The notes beneath the pieces were generated by a model that saw only the letters and a list, made by a program, of their open reading frames with translations, made no database searches and was not told the DNA's origin. A program made the position numbers and the translations under genes. Shown here in pieces: positions 1-11,836 of a DNA stretch of 64,000 nucleotides (its first letter is position 1; each line of letters starts with the position of its first letter). Source of the stretch: an uncultured Phycisphaerales bacterium (GTDB lineage: Bacteria > Planctomycetota > Phycisphaerae > Tepidisphaerales > Tepidisphaeraceae); the NCBI GenBank assembly GCA_963844715.1, contig CAWJPJ010000006.1:800001-864000 (forward strand). Reading direction: 5' to 3'.

Positions 1-2008
1 TGGGGAGAGCGAGCGCAGCCGAGGAGATGATCGGGCGGGCGATCGCGGCGCAGCCGAGCCGCGCGGAGTTTCACGGGAACATGGGGCTGGTTTATGCGAC
101 GCTGGGGAAGCGCGATCTGGCAATCGCGGAATTTCAGACGGCGCTGCGGCTGCGGCCGAGTTATCCCGAAGCGCATAACAATCTGGGAATCGAGCTGGCG
201 CATCGCCGGGAGTTTGACAAGGCGATATCGGAATACCAGGCGGCGATCGCCCTGCGCCCGAATTTTGCCGATGCGCTCAGCAATCTGGGATCGGCGCTGA
301 TCGACATGGGGAGGCATCAGGAAGCGGTTCAGGTGCTGCAACAGGCGGTGGCGCTGAAACCGAATTTCGCCGAGGCGTATAACAATCTCGGGAATGCATT
401 GCGCCTGACGGGAAGGATCGACGAGGCGATCGCCTCGCTGAAGCGCGTGCTGGAGATGCGCCCCGATATGGCCGGAGCGCACAGCAACCTGGGGTGCATT
501 CTGCACGCGCAGGGAAAACTCACGGAGGCGATGGTCGAGTTTCGGCGGGCCATCGAGCTTCAGCCGAACTATGCCGCCGCCTGGAGCAATTATTCGGCGG
601 TGCTGACCGACGCGAACGAACACGATCAGGCATTGGCGGCGGCGGAAAAGGGAGTGGAATTCGGGCCGAATTCGCTGCCGGCGCACAATAATCTGGCGGT
701 GGTGCTCAAAGAAGCGGGGCAGATGGATCGGGCCATGGAAGAGTTGACCGCCGCGATGAAACTCGCGCCCTGGTCGGCCGAAGCGCACAGCAATCGAATC
801 TTCTGCATGCACTTTCATCCGGACTACGACGCGGCGGCGCTTTTGGCGGAGTGCAAGGAGTGGAATCGCGTGCATGGTGAGCCGCTGCGGCGGGAGATTC
901 GGGCCTGGTCGAATTCGCCGGACCCGGAGCGACGGCTGAAAATCGGGTATGTCTCCCCGGATTTTTTTGCCCAGGCGGAGGCGCACTATGTGTTGCCCCT
1001 CTTGGAGTCGCACGATGCCCGGAATTTTGAAGTGCATGGCTACGCATCGGTGATTCGGCCCGACGCGGTGACGGAACGCGTGAGGCGGGCGTGTCATGTC
1101 TGGCACGATATTTTGCACCTGTCGCATCACGAGGCGGCGCGGAAAATCAGGGAAGACAAGATCGATATCCTCGTCGACCTGACCATGCATATGAGGAACA
1201 ACCGGCTGCTGATTTTCGCCGCAAGCCGGCGCCGGTGCAGGCGACCTGGCTGGCTTATCCGAGCGGGACGGGGGTCGAGGCGATTGATTATCGGTTTACC
1301 GATCCCTATCTCGATCCCGAGCCGGACCCGGAGCCGGCGGTTTACAGCGAGAGATCGATTCGGCTGGCGGCGTATTGGGGATGTTACGATCCGCTCATCG
1401 AAATTGAGCCAAGCCCGCCCCGACGCGACGGACCGATTGTTTTTGGTTCGATGAATAATCCGACCAAGCTGAACGAAAAGACGCTGCGGCTTTGGTCGGA
1501 CGTATTGCGTGCCGTTCCGGATTCGCATTTGCTCGTGCATGTATATTCGCAGCCGCATCGGGAGAGTATTACGCGATTGATGGGGGAATGCGGGGTGGAA
1601 TCCTCGCGGCTGGAATTCGTGGGGCGATCGTCGCGGCCGGATTATTTAAGGACCTTCCAGCGGATTGATCTGTGCCTGGATGCGCTGCCCTATAACGGAA
1701 GCACGACGGCTTGTGACGGGCTTTGGATGGGAGTGCCGATGGTTACGCTGGTCGGAAACACCGGCTGCGGTCGGGTCGGCATGAGCACGATGGTCAACGT
1801 CGGATTGCCGGAGCTGGTGGCGCACAGCCCGGAGGAATTTGTGAGAATCGCCACAGATTGGGCGGGCGATTTGAAGCGGCTGGGACATTGGCGGCAGAAC
1901 CTGCGGGAGACCATGCGGAACAGCCCGATCATGAATCGGAAACAATTTGTCGAAAGTATGGAGGCGGCGTATCGCCGGATGTGGCGGAAGTGGTGCGAAG
2001 GCCGATGA
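1..2008 (+). CDS. TPR-repeat O-linked glycosyltransferase, GT41 / SPINDLY-like; 5'-partial, one frameshift near 1220
   Basis: ORF 27..1454 has many TPRs (AHNNLG) followed by RLKIGYVSPDF and IDILVDL. ORF 1091..2008 continues with KPAPVQATWLAYP, FGSMNNPTKL and DALPYNGSTTACDGLWMGVP. Confidence 0.88.
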
Positions 2009-3847
2009 GCGACGTGCTTTTTCAGCGCGGGGAGAGCTTATTCAAGGCGGGCAAGGTGCCGGAGGCGATCGCGGCGTATCGGGCGGCGATTGCCGCCGAC
2101 CCGAAACTCGCTCAGCGGCATAATAATCTCGCCAACGCCTTGATGGCCGCGGGACAGACGGAGGCGGCGATCGAGTCGTTCCGGAATGCGCTGAAACTGC
2201 TGCCGGGGTCGGCGGCGGTGGAGTTCAATCTGGGGAGCGTGCTGGCGAATGCGGGGAGGGTCGAAGAGGCGCTTGTGCATCTGCGGCGGGCGCTGGAGTT
2301 GAAGCCCGGGGATCCGGACATCGAAAACAACTTTGCCAATGCGCTCCTTGCGGCGGGGTATGCCGCGGAAGCGGCGATGATGCTTCGGCATACAGTGTCG
2401 GTGCGGCCGCGGGACCCGCGATATGTGATGAATCTCGCCAATACGCTGAGGGCCTTGGGCGAACTGGATGAGCCGATCCAGCTATTTCAGCGGGCGTTGG
2501 AATTGAGGCCGGGGTGGGGCGAGGCGTTCAACAATCTGGGAGTTTGCTGGGTGGAGCGCGGGGAAATGGCGCGGGGAATCGCGGCACTTCGAAAAGCGAC
2601 GGAGTTGCCGCCCGATTTCGCGGCGGCGGAGAGTAATCTGGTTTTCTATCTGCAATTTCTGCTGGAATACGACGCTGCGCGGCTGCTGGAGGAGCACCGG
2701 AAGTGGGATCGGCGGCATGCGCAGCCGCTGGCGGGACAAATCGCGCCGTTTGGGAATAACCGGAATCCCCAGAGGAGATTGCGCGTGGGGTATGTTTCGC
2801 CCGATTTTCGCAGGCATTGCCAAGCATTTTTTACCCTTCCGCTTTTTTCGAATCACGATCACGGGAACTTCGAGATTTTTTGCTATTCGAGCGTTATGCC
2901 GGCGGATGAGAATACGGCCCGGATCAAGGGGCTGGCGGATGTGTGGCGGGAGTGCCATGGGAAGAGCGATGCGCAGGTCGCGGAGATGATTCGGGCCGAT
3001 GCCATCGACATTCTGGTGGATTTGACAATGCACATGGCCAACGGGCGGCCGCTGCTGTTTGCGCGGAAGCCGGCACCAATTCAAGTGGCTTGGCTCGCGT
3101 ATCCGGGGACCACGGGGATGGGGACGATGGATTATCGGATTACTGATCCTTATCTCGATCCGCCTGGGGTGGGGAATGAGTTTTATAGCGAGACGTCTTA
3201 TCGGTTGGGCGACACGTTCTGGTGTTATGATCCGCTGGGGGGCGATCCGGGGGTGCAAGCACCCCCGGCCTCGCGGAATGGGTTCATCACATTCGGGTGT
3301 TTGAATGCGGCTCGGAAAATTAACGATCGGACGTTGGGGTTGTGGCGATTGGTGCTGGAGGCGGTACCCGGGTCGCGGATAATTGTGATGTTTCCAGAGG
3401 GGATGGGGCGCGAGGAATTGGTTGGAAAACTCGGCGTTGCGCGGCAGCGGGTGGAGTTTGTGGCGTCTCAGCCTCGGGCCAAGTATATGGAAACTTACGG
3501 GCGGATCGACATCGGACTCGACACGCTTCCATATAATGGGCACACGACGACTCTGGATTCGTTTTGGATGGGCGTGCCGGTGATTACACGAGTTGGAGAT
3601 ACAGTGGCCGGGCGGGCGGGGTGGAGCCAGTTGAGCAATCTAAAGCTGGCCGAACTGGCGGGACATTCGGACGAAGAGTTTGTGCGTCATCGCCGTGGGG
3701 CTGGCGGGTGATCTGGGGCGACTGACGGAATTGCGAAAGACGCTGCGGGAGAGGATGAAGGCGTCGCCGCTCATGGATGGGGCGAAATTCGCGCGGAATA
3801 TGGAAAGCGCGTTTCGGGAAATGTGGCGGAAGTGGTGCACTGCATGA
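2005..3847 (+). CDS. TPR-repeat O-linked glycosyltransferase, GT41 / SPINDLY-like; frameshift near 3690
   Basis: ATG at 2005 overlaps the upstream TGA (ATGA). TPRs are followed by RLRVGYVSPDFRRH, KPAPIQVAWLAYPGTTG and DTLPYNGHTTTLDSFWMGVP. The C-terminus ...MWRKWCTA is in a shifted frame and ends at 3847. Confidence 0.88.
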
Positions 3848-5808
3848 CTCAAGAGACGTTCAACGCGGCGCAGGAACATCATCGGGCGGGCCGATTTCCC
3901 GAGGCACAGACAAACTACCGGGCGGTTTTGGCGGAAGAGCCGAATCATGCGGCGGCGATGCATTTTCTGGGGCTGGTGGAATTTCAGGTTGGTCATAATG
4001 GGGCGGCGATCGATCTGATGGAACGGGCCATGCGGATCGAATCGGGCCGGGCGGATTTCTTCTGCAATTACGGACTGGTGCTGGCTAACTCGGGGCGCAT
4101 CGACGAAGCGATCCGGAACTTCCGCCGGGCGCTGGAACTGAATCCCGATTATGCGGAGGCACATAACAATCTGGGGATCGCGCTGGCGTCGATGGGTCAG
4201 AAAGAACAGGCGATCGAGGAATATCGGGCCGCCATCAAGCTGAAGGCGAACAATCCGGAGGCTTACAACAACATGGGCTCGGCGCTTCAATCGCTGAACC
4301 GATTCGATGAAGCGATCGCGGCGTTCGAACAGGCGATGCAACTGCGAAGCAATTTCAGCGAAGCCCAGAACAATCTGGGAAATGCTTTGATGGACGCGGG
4401 AAGGCATGAGGACGCCTTCGAGGCATATCGGCGGGCGCTGGCGATGCCGCGGAAGCTGCCGCAGAGTTATTACGGGCTGGGCAATGCGCTGCGGAAACTG
4501 GACCGGCTCGATGAGGCCATCGGAGCGTTCGGGCAGGCGATCGCCATGCGGGCGGATTATGGGGAAGCTTATACCAATCTCGGCGAGGCCCTGCTGACGG
4601 CGGGAAGAATCGAGCAGGCGGTTTCCGCGCTGGCCAAGGCGACGGAGCTGACCCCGGCGAATTATGTCGTTCTATATAACTACGCGTGCGCGCTGATGCA
4701 GGATGGGAAATACGAGCCGGCGAAGGTGATGCTGCACCGGGCCCTGGAACTCAAGCCGGATTATCCGGAAGCGCTGAGCAATCTAGGAAACACGCTTCTT
4801 TCGCAGGGGGACGTGACCGAAGCGCTGGCGACCTATGACAAGCTGCTGGCGGCGAATCCGGATTTTGCGCTGGGGCATTGGAATCGCGGCGCTGGCGCTT
4901 TTTCTGACCGGGGATTGGAAGACGGCGTGGCAGGAATATGAATGGCGGTCGAAGATCCCTTCGTTCAAATTGAAGCGGCCGACGCCACCAGAGAAGCAGT
5001 GGGACGGAAGCGAATTAAACGGGCGGCGAATATTGCTTTACGCGGAGCAAGGGTATGGGGATGCGATCCAGTTCTTTCGGTATGCGCGCTTTGGTTGCGC
5101 TGCGGGGGGAAGGTGGTTGTGCAGGCGCCGGCGCATCTTGTGCGGCTGTTTCAGCAGACGCCGGAGGTGCAGGTGGTGAGCGCGGAGGAGCCGGCGCCGG
5201 AATTTGATTTGCATTATCCGCTGATGAGCTTGCCGCTGCTATTTGGGACGTCGCGGGATTCGATTCCGACGCCGACGCGCTATGTGACGGCTGATCCGGA
5301 GTTGATCGGGTCGTGGGGGCAGAAGATGCCGAACGATCCGAAGGTGCTGAGGATTGGATTGGTTTGGCGCGGCAGGCCGACGCCCAATGCGCAACGGTCG
5401 ATTCCGTCGGATTTGCTCGCCCCGCTGGGAGGGCTGGCCCGGGTCTGGTTTATCAATTTGCAGGTGGGACAGTCGGGGACGACGCCGCCCTTTCCGGTAA
5501 CCGATTGGCGAAGCGACATGAAAGATTTCGCCGACACGGCGGCGATCATGGTGAATCTGGATTTGGTGTTGACGATCGACAGCGCATCAGCGCATCTGGC
5601 GGGCGCGCTGGGCTGCCGGACCTGGACGATGCTGAAATATATTCCGGATTGGCGCTGGCTGCGGGAGGGAACGGATGCGTCGTTTTATCCGACCATGCGG
5701 CTGTTCCGGCAAAAGACCCCCGGCGATTGGACCGGGGTCATCGAAGAAGTCGTGCGCGAGCTTCGACCGCTGATCGAGCAGCGCAATCCCACCGATCCGA
5801 ATTGTTAA
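3844..5808 (+). CDS. TPR-repeat protein with C-terminal GT-B (GT9-like) glycosyltransferase domain; two frameshifts near 4890 and 5095
   Basis: ATGA-coupled start and TPR array. Motifs EYEWR, WDGSEL..RILLYAEQGYGDAIQF, RIGLVWRG, DFADTAA...DLVLTIDSASAHLAGALG and DWRW are spread over ORFs 3823, 4835 and 4942. Confidence 0.85.
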
Positions 5809-5965
5809 GACGATTTTTATCTTTGCGCAGGCGGGTTGATCCGATATTTTACGGGTCGGTTTGCACAATCTTAACAATTGATCGCTCAGGGCTTGGTCAG
5901 CATGTTGAATCTCGTCCCGTCTTCCATCTGGAAATCATTACCAATACGCGACTTACCGCCCGTGC

Positions 5966-6913
5966 GTGAGGGGGAGCGGCTGGTGGTGGCCGACACCGTC
6001 AGCGCCAGTGGGCGTTGATGCCAACGGGTGCGGGGAGGTCTTGCGGCAGATTGTTTGGAGGCCGGAAACCTTTATTGCGACCTGCCATCTCGACAGTTTG
6101 GGTGGGGATATTTCAGTGCACTTTCCATCCCCCCTGCCGCAGGGGTATCCGGTTTGGGATGAGGTGGTTTTGGATTGGCACATCGCGCGCGATCGCGGCG
6201 GGCGGTTCACCAACGGGCCCGCGGTGCTGGTGCTGGATATTTTGCTCGGGGGGAATCGGGTTGCGGGATACATCGCCAAGACGCTGGCGAAAAATGGGAT
6301 TCACGGATTCGTGATGCACATGCCGCAGAATGGGCGGCGGAAGCTGCCAAACGAGACGCATGATTGGTCCGCGTTTTTGCCCAGCCTCCGGCAGGCAACC
6401 GCGGACGCGCGCCGAAGCCGCGATGTAATCGCCGCCCTACCGCTGGTCACCGGGCCGGTCAGTTTGCAAGGGACGAGCCTGGGTGGATTCGTGGCGAGCC
6501 TGGCCGGGTCGATCGACGACGCGTTTGGCTCCGTCGTGCTGGCACTCACCGGCGGAAATCTTTTTGAGGTGATGCAAAGTGGGCGAATGGACGCCGCAAT
6601 GGTTCGGCGGCAGCTTCTCAATGTTGGGTATGACGACGAACGGCTGAAAGATTATTTGTGGAAAATCGAGCCGCTGCGGGTCGCCCATCGGCTGAATCCG
6701 CGCCGCACTTGGCTGTTCTGGGCCCGATTCGATCAAGTCGTGCGCCCGGTTCATAGCAAACAACTCGCGGATGCGATCGGATTGGATTGGCAGCACAACC
6801 GGCAAATCGCGGGATGCCATTACACTTGCTTTATCAGCGCCCCCAGACTCCTGGCGGAAATGATGCGGGCGATTCCCCGGAAATATCCTGCCTCGGTTGC
6901 GCGATCGGCTTGA
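5966..6913 (+). CDS. alpha/beta-fold hydrolase
   Basis: Nucleophile elbow GTSLGG, RFDQVV (Asp) and GCHY (His). The true start may be ATG 5902 with an indel. Confidence 0.75.
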   Translation: MRGSGWWWPTPSAPVGVDANGCGEVLRQIVWRPETFIATCHLDSLGGDISVHFPSPLPQGYPVWDEVVLDWHIARDRGGRFTNGPAVLVLDILLGGNRVAGYIAKTLAKNGIHGFVMHMPQNGRRKLPNETHDWSAFLPSLRQATADARRSRDVIAALPLVTGPVSLQGTSLGGFVASLAGSIDDAFGSVVLALTGGNLFEVMQSGRMDAAMVRRQLLNVGYDDERLKDYLWKIEPLRVAHRLNPRRTWLFWARFDQVVRPVHSKQLADAIGLDWQHNRQIAGCHYTCFISAPRLLAEMMRAIPRKYPASVARSA

Positions 6914-6928
6914 AGACCTCGCGCACTT

Positions 6929-9485
6929 TCAAGCAATAGACGTTTCGGCAGACGCGACCGGCATGGCTCGCGGGTTTTTGGGCTGCGCGGCGTCCTGCGC
7001 GGCTGCCGCGGCGGCCTTCACGTGCTCGTTCCAGAAGGTCTCAAATGTGTGAGCCGCGGAGAAGCGCGCAATGCGCGTCGGGGCGGTCCGGCTCATGCGG
7101 TGGCGGCGGACCGTATCCGTCAGCAGCAGATCGATTGACTTGCTCCAGAGTTCGGCCGAATCCGTGGGGAGGATGTGGCCGGTAAGCTGATCATCCGTGA
7201 ATTCCTTGGGGCCGCCCTGATCGCTGACCAGGACGGGGAGGCCGGAGGCCTGCGCTTCAACGACAACCTGCCCGAGCGTGTCGGTTTTGGAGGGGAAGAC
7301 GAACAGGTCGCTCGAGGCGTAGAGGGTGGAAAGCTGCTGATCGTTTTGGAAGCCGAGGAAGTGGACGGGGAGCCCGGCCGTGGCCTTTTCCATGGCGGCG
7401 CGATAAGGCCCGTCGCCCGCGATGATCAGGGCGGCGTCCGATCGCTTGTGGCAGATTCTGGCGAAGACGTCGACGAGGAAGGGAAGATTTTTTTCCACGC
7501 TGACTCGGCCGGCGTAGAGAAGTTTGTGGGTTTCCTTTACGCCCAGGGAGGACCAAAGATTCGGGTCGCGTTTTTCGGGGCGGAACTTTTCGGTATCGAC
7601 GCCCGGGGGGGACATGGCGAGTTTTTCGTCGGGGAAGCCGAGTTCGCGCAGGCGGCCGCGGTAATCCCGGCTGCGGGCGAAGACCGTCGTCGTCTGGCCG
7701 TAGAACCATTGCATGTAGGCGGTGGTGGCGCTGGTCAGGCGGTGATCGCCGATCAGATCGTGGACGTAGCGCGGGAAATCGGTGTGATACGTTCCCAGCA
7801 CGGGGACGCGGAGCATTTTTCCGATCAGCCAGCCGCACAAGCCCATCGGTCCTGGGGTGTGGACGTGGATGGCATCGAACTGCTGGGAGTCGGCCCATTG
7901 CATGACTTCGGCCAGCGGCGGGATCGCGAAGGGCTGATCCGCGTAACCCGGGAGCGGGTAGCTCGCCAGGGCGCGAAATTTTTTCTGGACGGGCAATCGA
8001 CCCGGGGATTTTGGGTGGACGTGTGGACGACGAGAGTGCGGCCGCGCTGGGCGGCGTGGCGGCTCATGTCCTGGATGAAGCGGCCCACGCCGTTGATTTC
8101 GTCGAAGGTGTCGGTGAAGACGCCCAGCTTGAGGTCCTGCGTGGAAACTTCGGAGCGGCGGCCGACAAGTCGCGGAAGCAGGACGCGCTCGCGATTCTGG
8201 TGGAAGAGTGCGAAGTAGTACGGCATCAGCAGGAATTGCTGGGCGGCGATCGCCGAAAGGGAATCGAAGATTCCTATCATCTGCCGATTTTTGACGGATT
8301 TTTGAACCGCGGCGGCGATTCCGCCGGCGATATCGCGATTGATTTGCGAGACGAGGCGGAACATGTCCGCGTGCTGGCTGAGGGCGGCCTTGCCGCTGCG
8401 GACGGCATCGACGATTTCGGGAGACTGGGCGAGTCGCTTGCGGCAGGATTCGTCGAACAGCTCCGCCAGGAGGTCGGCGCCTTTGGGGCGGGCTGCCATA
8501 CCAAGCGGCCGCGCGATCGCGCGGCCGAGGGTGCCGAGTTTTTCCTTGACGGCGAATTTAATCCAGTCGCGCCGTTTCACCGGGCGCTGCTCGCCAAGTA
8601 ATTTTTCGATGAGAATTCCGTGGGTGGTGACCTTGGTGGTTTTTGGGGCGCACTTTTTCTGGTGGTAGCGGATGCCAACGCCGTAGAAATTGTGGGCGAG
8701 CTTAAGACTCGAGCCGGCTTCGCCGCCGGGACGGCACAGGCCCTGGCGCAGGCAGGCGAGCACATCGGCGACATCGCGAACCTGGCAGGGGAATTCAGTC
8801 CAGGTGCGGCCGACGTTGAATAGGCCGTGGTCGTCGCTGCCGCCGGTGCGGGCTTTGATGTGGGGAAGGGTCCACGCGGGGCCATGCCGTGCTTGGCGGA
8901 GAGCTGGGCGATTTTTTCGGGGGAGAGTTCGCTGAGGATCTCCTCGACCGCCTGGCGGTGCAGCGCGCTGTGGGCGCCGTTGAGCGTTTCGAAACCCTTG
9001 AACATGAGCGTGAGTCGCTCGATGTGCCAGCGCTCGAGGCGGTCGTTCTGGCGATACACGGGATGAGCCACGGCGTGGGCAAGTTTCCGGCGTTCGACCA
9101 GGGCGGCAAGCTCGTAGATGTTATTCGCGGCGGCCTGGAGGGCGTCGTGATCGTCGCCGGTGATTCCCCAGACCAGCAAGTGAATCTTGCAATGATCTTC
9201 GGGGAAGAAGCAAGTGACTTCCTCGCCGATGAGGATATCCGTCGAGCGAAGACGCGTGACGCCGGCGATGGAATCGTGGTCGGTAATGGTGACGAAATCC
9301 ATGCCGCCGCGTTTGGCCTGGCGATAGACGTCGGGGGGAGCGCTAAAGCTTTCGGGGCAGTCGAGCGCGTTGAGGACGGCTTCGTCGGCTTCGTTGCTGG
9401 CGTCACTGTGGCAGTGGAGATCGATGCGTTTGGGAGAATTCCCGAATGCGGATTCGTCGTCGAGATTGGAGAAGCGCTGGTTCAC
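6929..9485 (-). CDS. PHP-domain / GT4 glycosyltransferase fusion; frameshifts near 8880 and 7995
   Basis: N-terminal PHP motifs IDLHCHS, TITDHDS and AHP (ORF 8577..9602). The middle ORF ends with FTDTFDEINGV. The C-terminal GT4 has HTPGPMG, YAGRVSVEKN and FPSKTDTLGQVVVEAQASGLP. Confidence 0.82.
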
Positions 9486-9786
9486 GTTCCGGCTCCTTTT
9501 CCTTTGCCGAGGCGAGTTACATCTTCTCAACGCCTCCGGCGTTCCTTGGAACACGTCAACAACTGTGGAAATCCGTTCCCACAACTGGCGCCGCGTGATC
9601 AATCCATTTTTTTTCTGGTTCTCCTGGCCTCCCGTTTTTCCCTTAGTTTTGCAGAGCGCGTGCTAGCCGCGCTATTTCATTTTCACTGACATCGGTAAAG
9701 GGAATATCTGTACAATGTTAAGTTTCCGAGAAATTGCACCAGCTAATGATGACTTAATAATAAGATGCACAAGTTATAGTGGTGGA

Positions 9787-10651
9787 ATGGGAGCGACCAC
9801 GGCGGACATCTCGATTGTTCACGATGTATTAAGCGCCGGCGAGGCGCGGCTGCATCGCGTTTCGGTGACTCCTTCGCGGGCCTGGGCGCGGATCGCGTTT
9901 TTGCCGGGGTATGGCGATCACGCGATGCGGTATCTGGAGTTCTACAAGTGGATCGCGGAGCGCGGGGTCGCATGTTACGCGATCGATTTTCGGGGCAACG
10001 GGGTGTCGTCGGGGAAGCCGGGATATGTCAATTATTTTGACGAGTATGTGGAGGACCTGGGGGCGCTGTTGAAGGCTTCGTTTGCGATCGGGCCGGGGAA
10101 GCCCGCGGAGTTTGTGGTGGCGCACAGTCATGGGCGCTGGTGGCGGCGGTGGCCGCGTTGAAAGGGAAGCTGCACTGCTCCGGTTGCGTGTTTTTGTCGC
10201 CATTTTTTCGCAAGAGCGATCCGCCGAGCGCCGGTTTGCGGTTGATAGCGCAGATTACGACGCATGTTGCGCCGGCGTGGCAGTTCAAATCGGGGGTGGG
10301 GATGGAGATGCTGACTCGCGATGAAAAAATGGCCGAGGACACGCGGCGCGATCCGCTTTGTCTGGGGATTGCGACGCCGCGGTGGTATGTGAAGGCAATG
10401 AAGGCGCAGCGGCGGGCGCTGCGCGGGCCGGAGAATTTAGGTTGCCGCTCCTGGGGTTGATCGCCGGGGCCGATACGCTGGTGGATCCGGCGGCGGCAGA
10501 GGATTTTGTGTGCCGGGCGGGCTCATCGGATAAGACGATCAAGATTTATCCCGAGCATCGGCATGAATTGCTGCGGGAGATCGGACGGGAGCAAATTTAT
10601 CGGGATATCTTCGATTGGATTCGGGCGCGGTCGCCGGGCTATTCCGGGTGA
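9787..10651 (+). CDS. alpha/beta hydrolase, lysophospholipase/monoglyceride lipase-like; two frameshifts
   Basis: PGYGDH, IDFRGNGVS, AHSHG nucleophile, GADTLVD and YPEHRHE across three consecutive ORF fragments. Confidence 0.8.
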
Positions 10652-10674
10652 GGGCGCCGTGATAAGTTAGGGGC

Positions 10675-11745
10675 ATGCAAGCAGCGGATTTTGTGATGAT
10701 CGGGGGCGGGTGGCGGAGTCAGTTCTTTTTGCGCGGCCAGAGAGATGCCCGAGCGATTCAATCTGCTGGGGATGATGGCGCGGAACCCGGTGAAGGCGAA
10801 GGCGTTTGAATCGGCTTGGAATATTCAGACATCCCGGACTTTGGATGAGTTGCTGAACGGGAAGAAGCCGCTGTATGCGGTGGTCAGCGTCGCCAAGGCG
10901 GCGACGGCGGAGGTGCTCGGGGAACTTTCGCGGCGCGAGATTCCATGTTTGTGCGAGACCCCGCCGGCGCCGGATGTGGCGGGGTTGGACGCTGTGAACG
11001 ATCTGGCGCGGCGCGGCGCGGATTCAGATCGCCGAGCAATATATTTTTCAGCCCATGCACGCGGCTCGGCTGGCCGTCGCGAACTCGGGTCTCCTGGGAA
11101 AGATTTCCCAGGCTCAGGTTTCGTTCACGCAAAGCTATCACGCGATGAGTTTGATCCGGCGGTATCTGGGAGTGGGATTCGAACCGGTGAAGATCACGGC
11201 ACGGAAATTTGAGTCGCCGATTTACCAGGGTCCGGACCGGCTCGGGCCGCCGCGGGAGGAGAAGATCATTCCTTGCGTGCAGACCATGGCTTGGCTGGAT
11301 TTTGGCGATCGGCTCGGCGTATTTGATTTTGCGGCACGATCAGCACCGGTCGTATGTGCGATCGGATCGGATTGTGGTCCGGGGGGAACGCGGCGAAATC
11401 AACGGGTCGGAAGTGAGATATTTGCAGGATTTTCGCACCCCCATGTATTTCGAGCTGCATCGGCAGGATGCCGGGATCGACGAGAATCTGGAGGGGTATT
11501 TTCACAAAGGGATCGTCGGACAGGGGAAGGGGTGGTATTCGAATCCGTTTGTGCCGTCGCGGCTGTATGACGACGAGATCGCCGTGGCGACCTGCATGGA
11601 AAAGATGGCGGAATATGCGCGGGGCGGCGCCGAGTTTTATTCCGTGGCCGAGGCGTCGCATGATACGTATCTGGGATTGATGATCGATCAGGCCACGGAG
11701 GAGAAGCGGACGATTGAGGTTGGGGCGCGGTTCGTTGGGGGATAG
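10675..11745 (+). CDS. Gfo/Idh/MocA-family oxidoreductase; several frameshifts
   Basis: N-terminal IGGGWRSQFF Rossmann motif from ATG 10675, LCETPPA, YHAMSL and C-terminal YSVAEASHDTYLG. Confidence 0.72.
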
Positions 11746-11769
11746 ATCGCGTATCGACGATCGAAAATT

Positions 11770-11814
11770 GCCCTTCACCCTCGCCCTCTCCCCGTGAGTA
11801 CACCGGGCGAGGGG
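11770..11814. repeat. REP-like palindrome (CCCTCACCC-CCTCTCCC...GGGAGAGGG family)
   Basis: gcccttcaccctcgccctctccccgtgagtacaccgggcgagggg lies between convergent genes. Related copies are at 16596-16700, 27376-27418 and 51516-51702. Confidence 0.8.
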
Positions 11815-11836
11815 AAAGTTCCAGACGCAAACCGGA

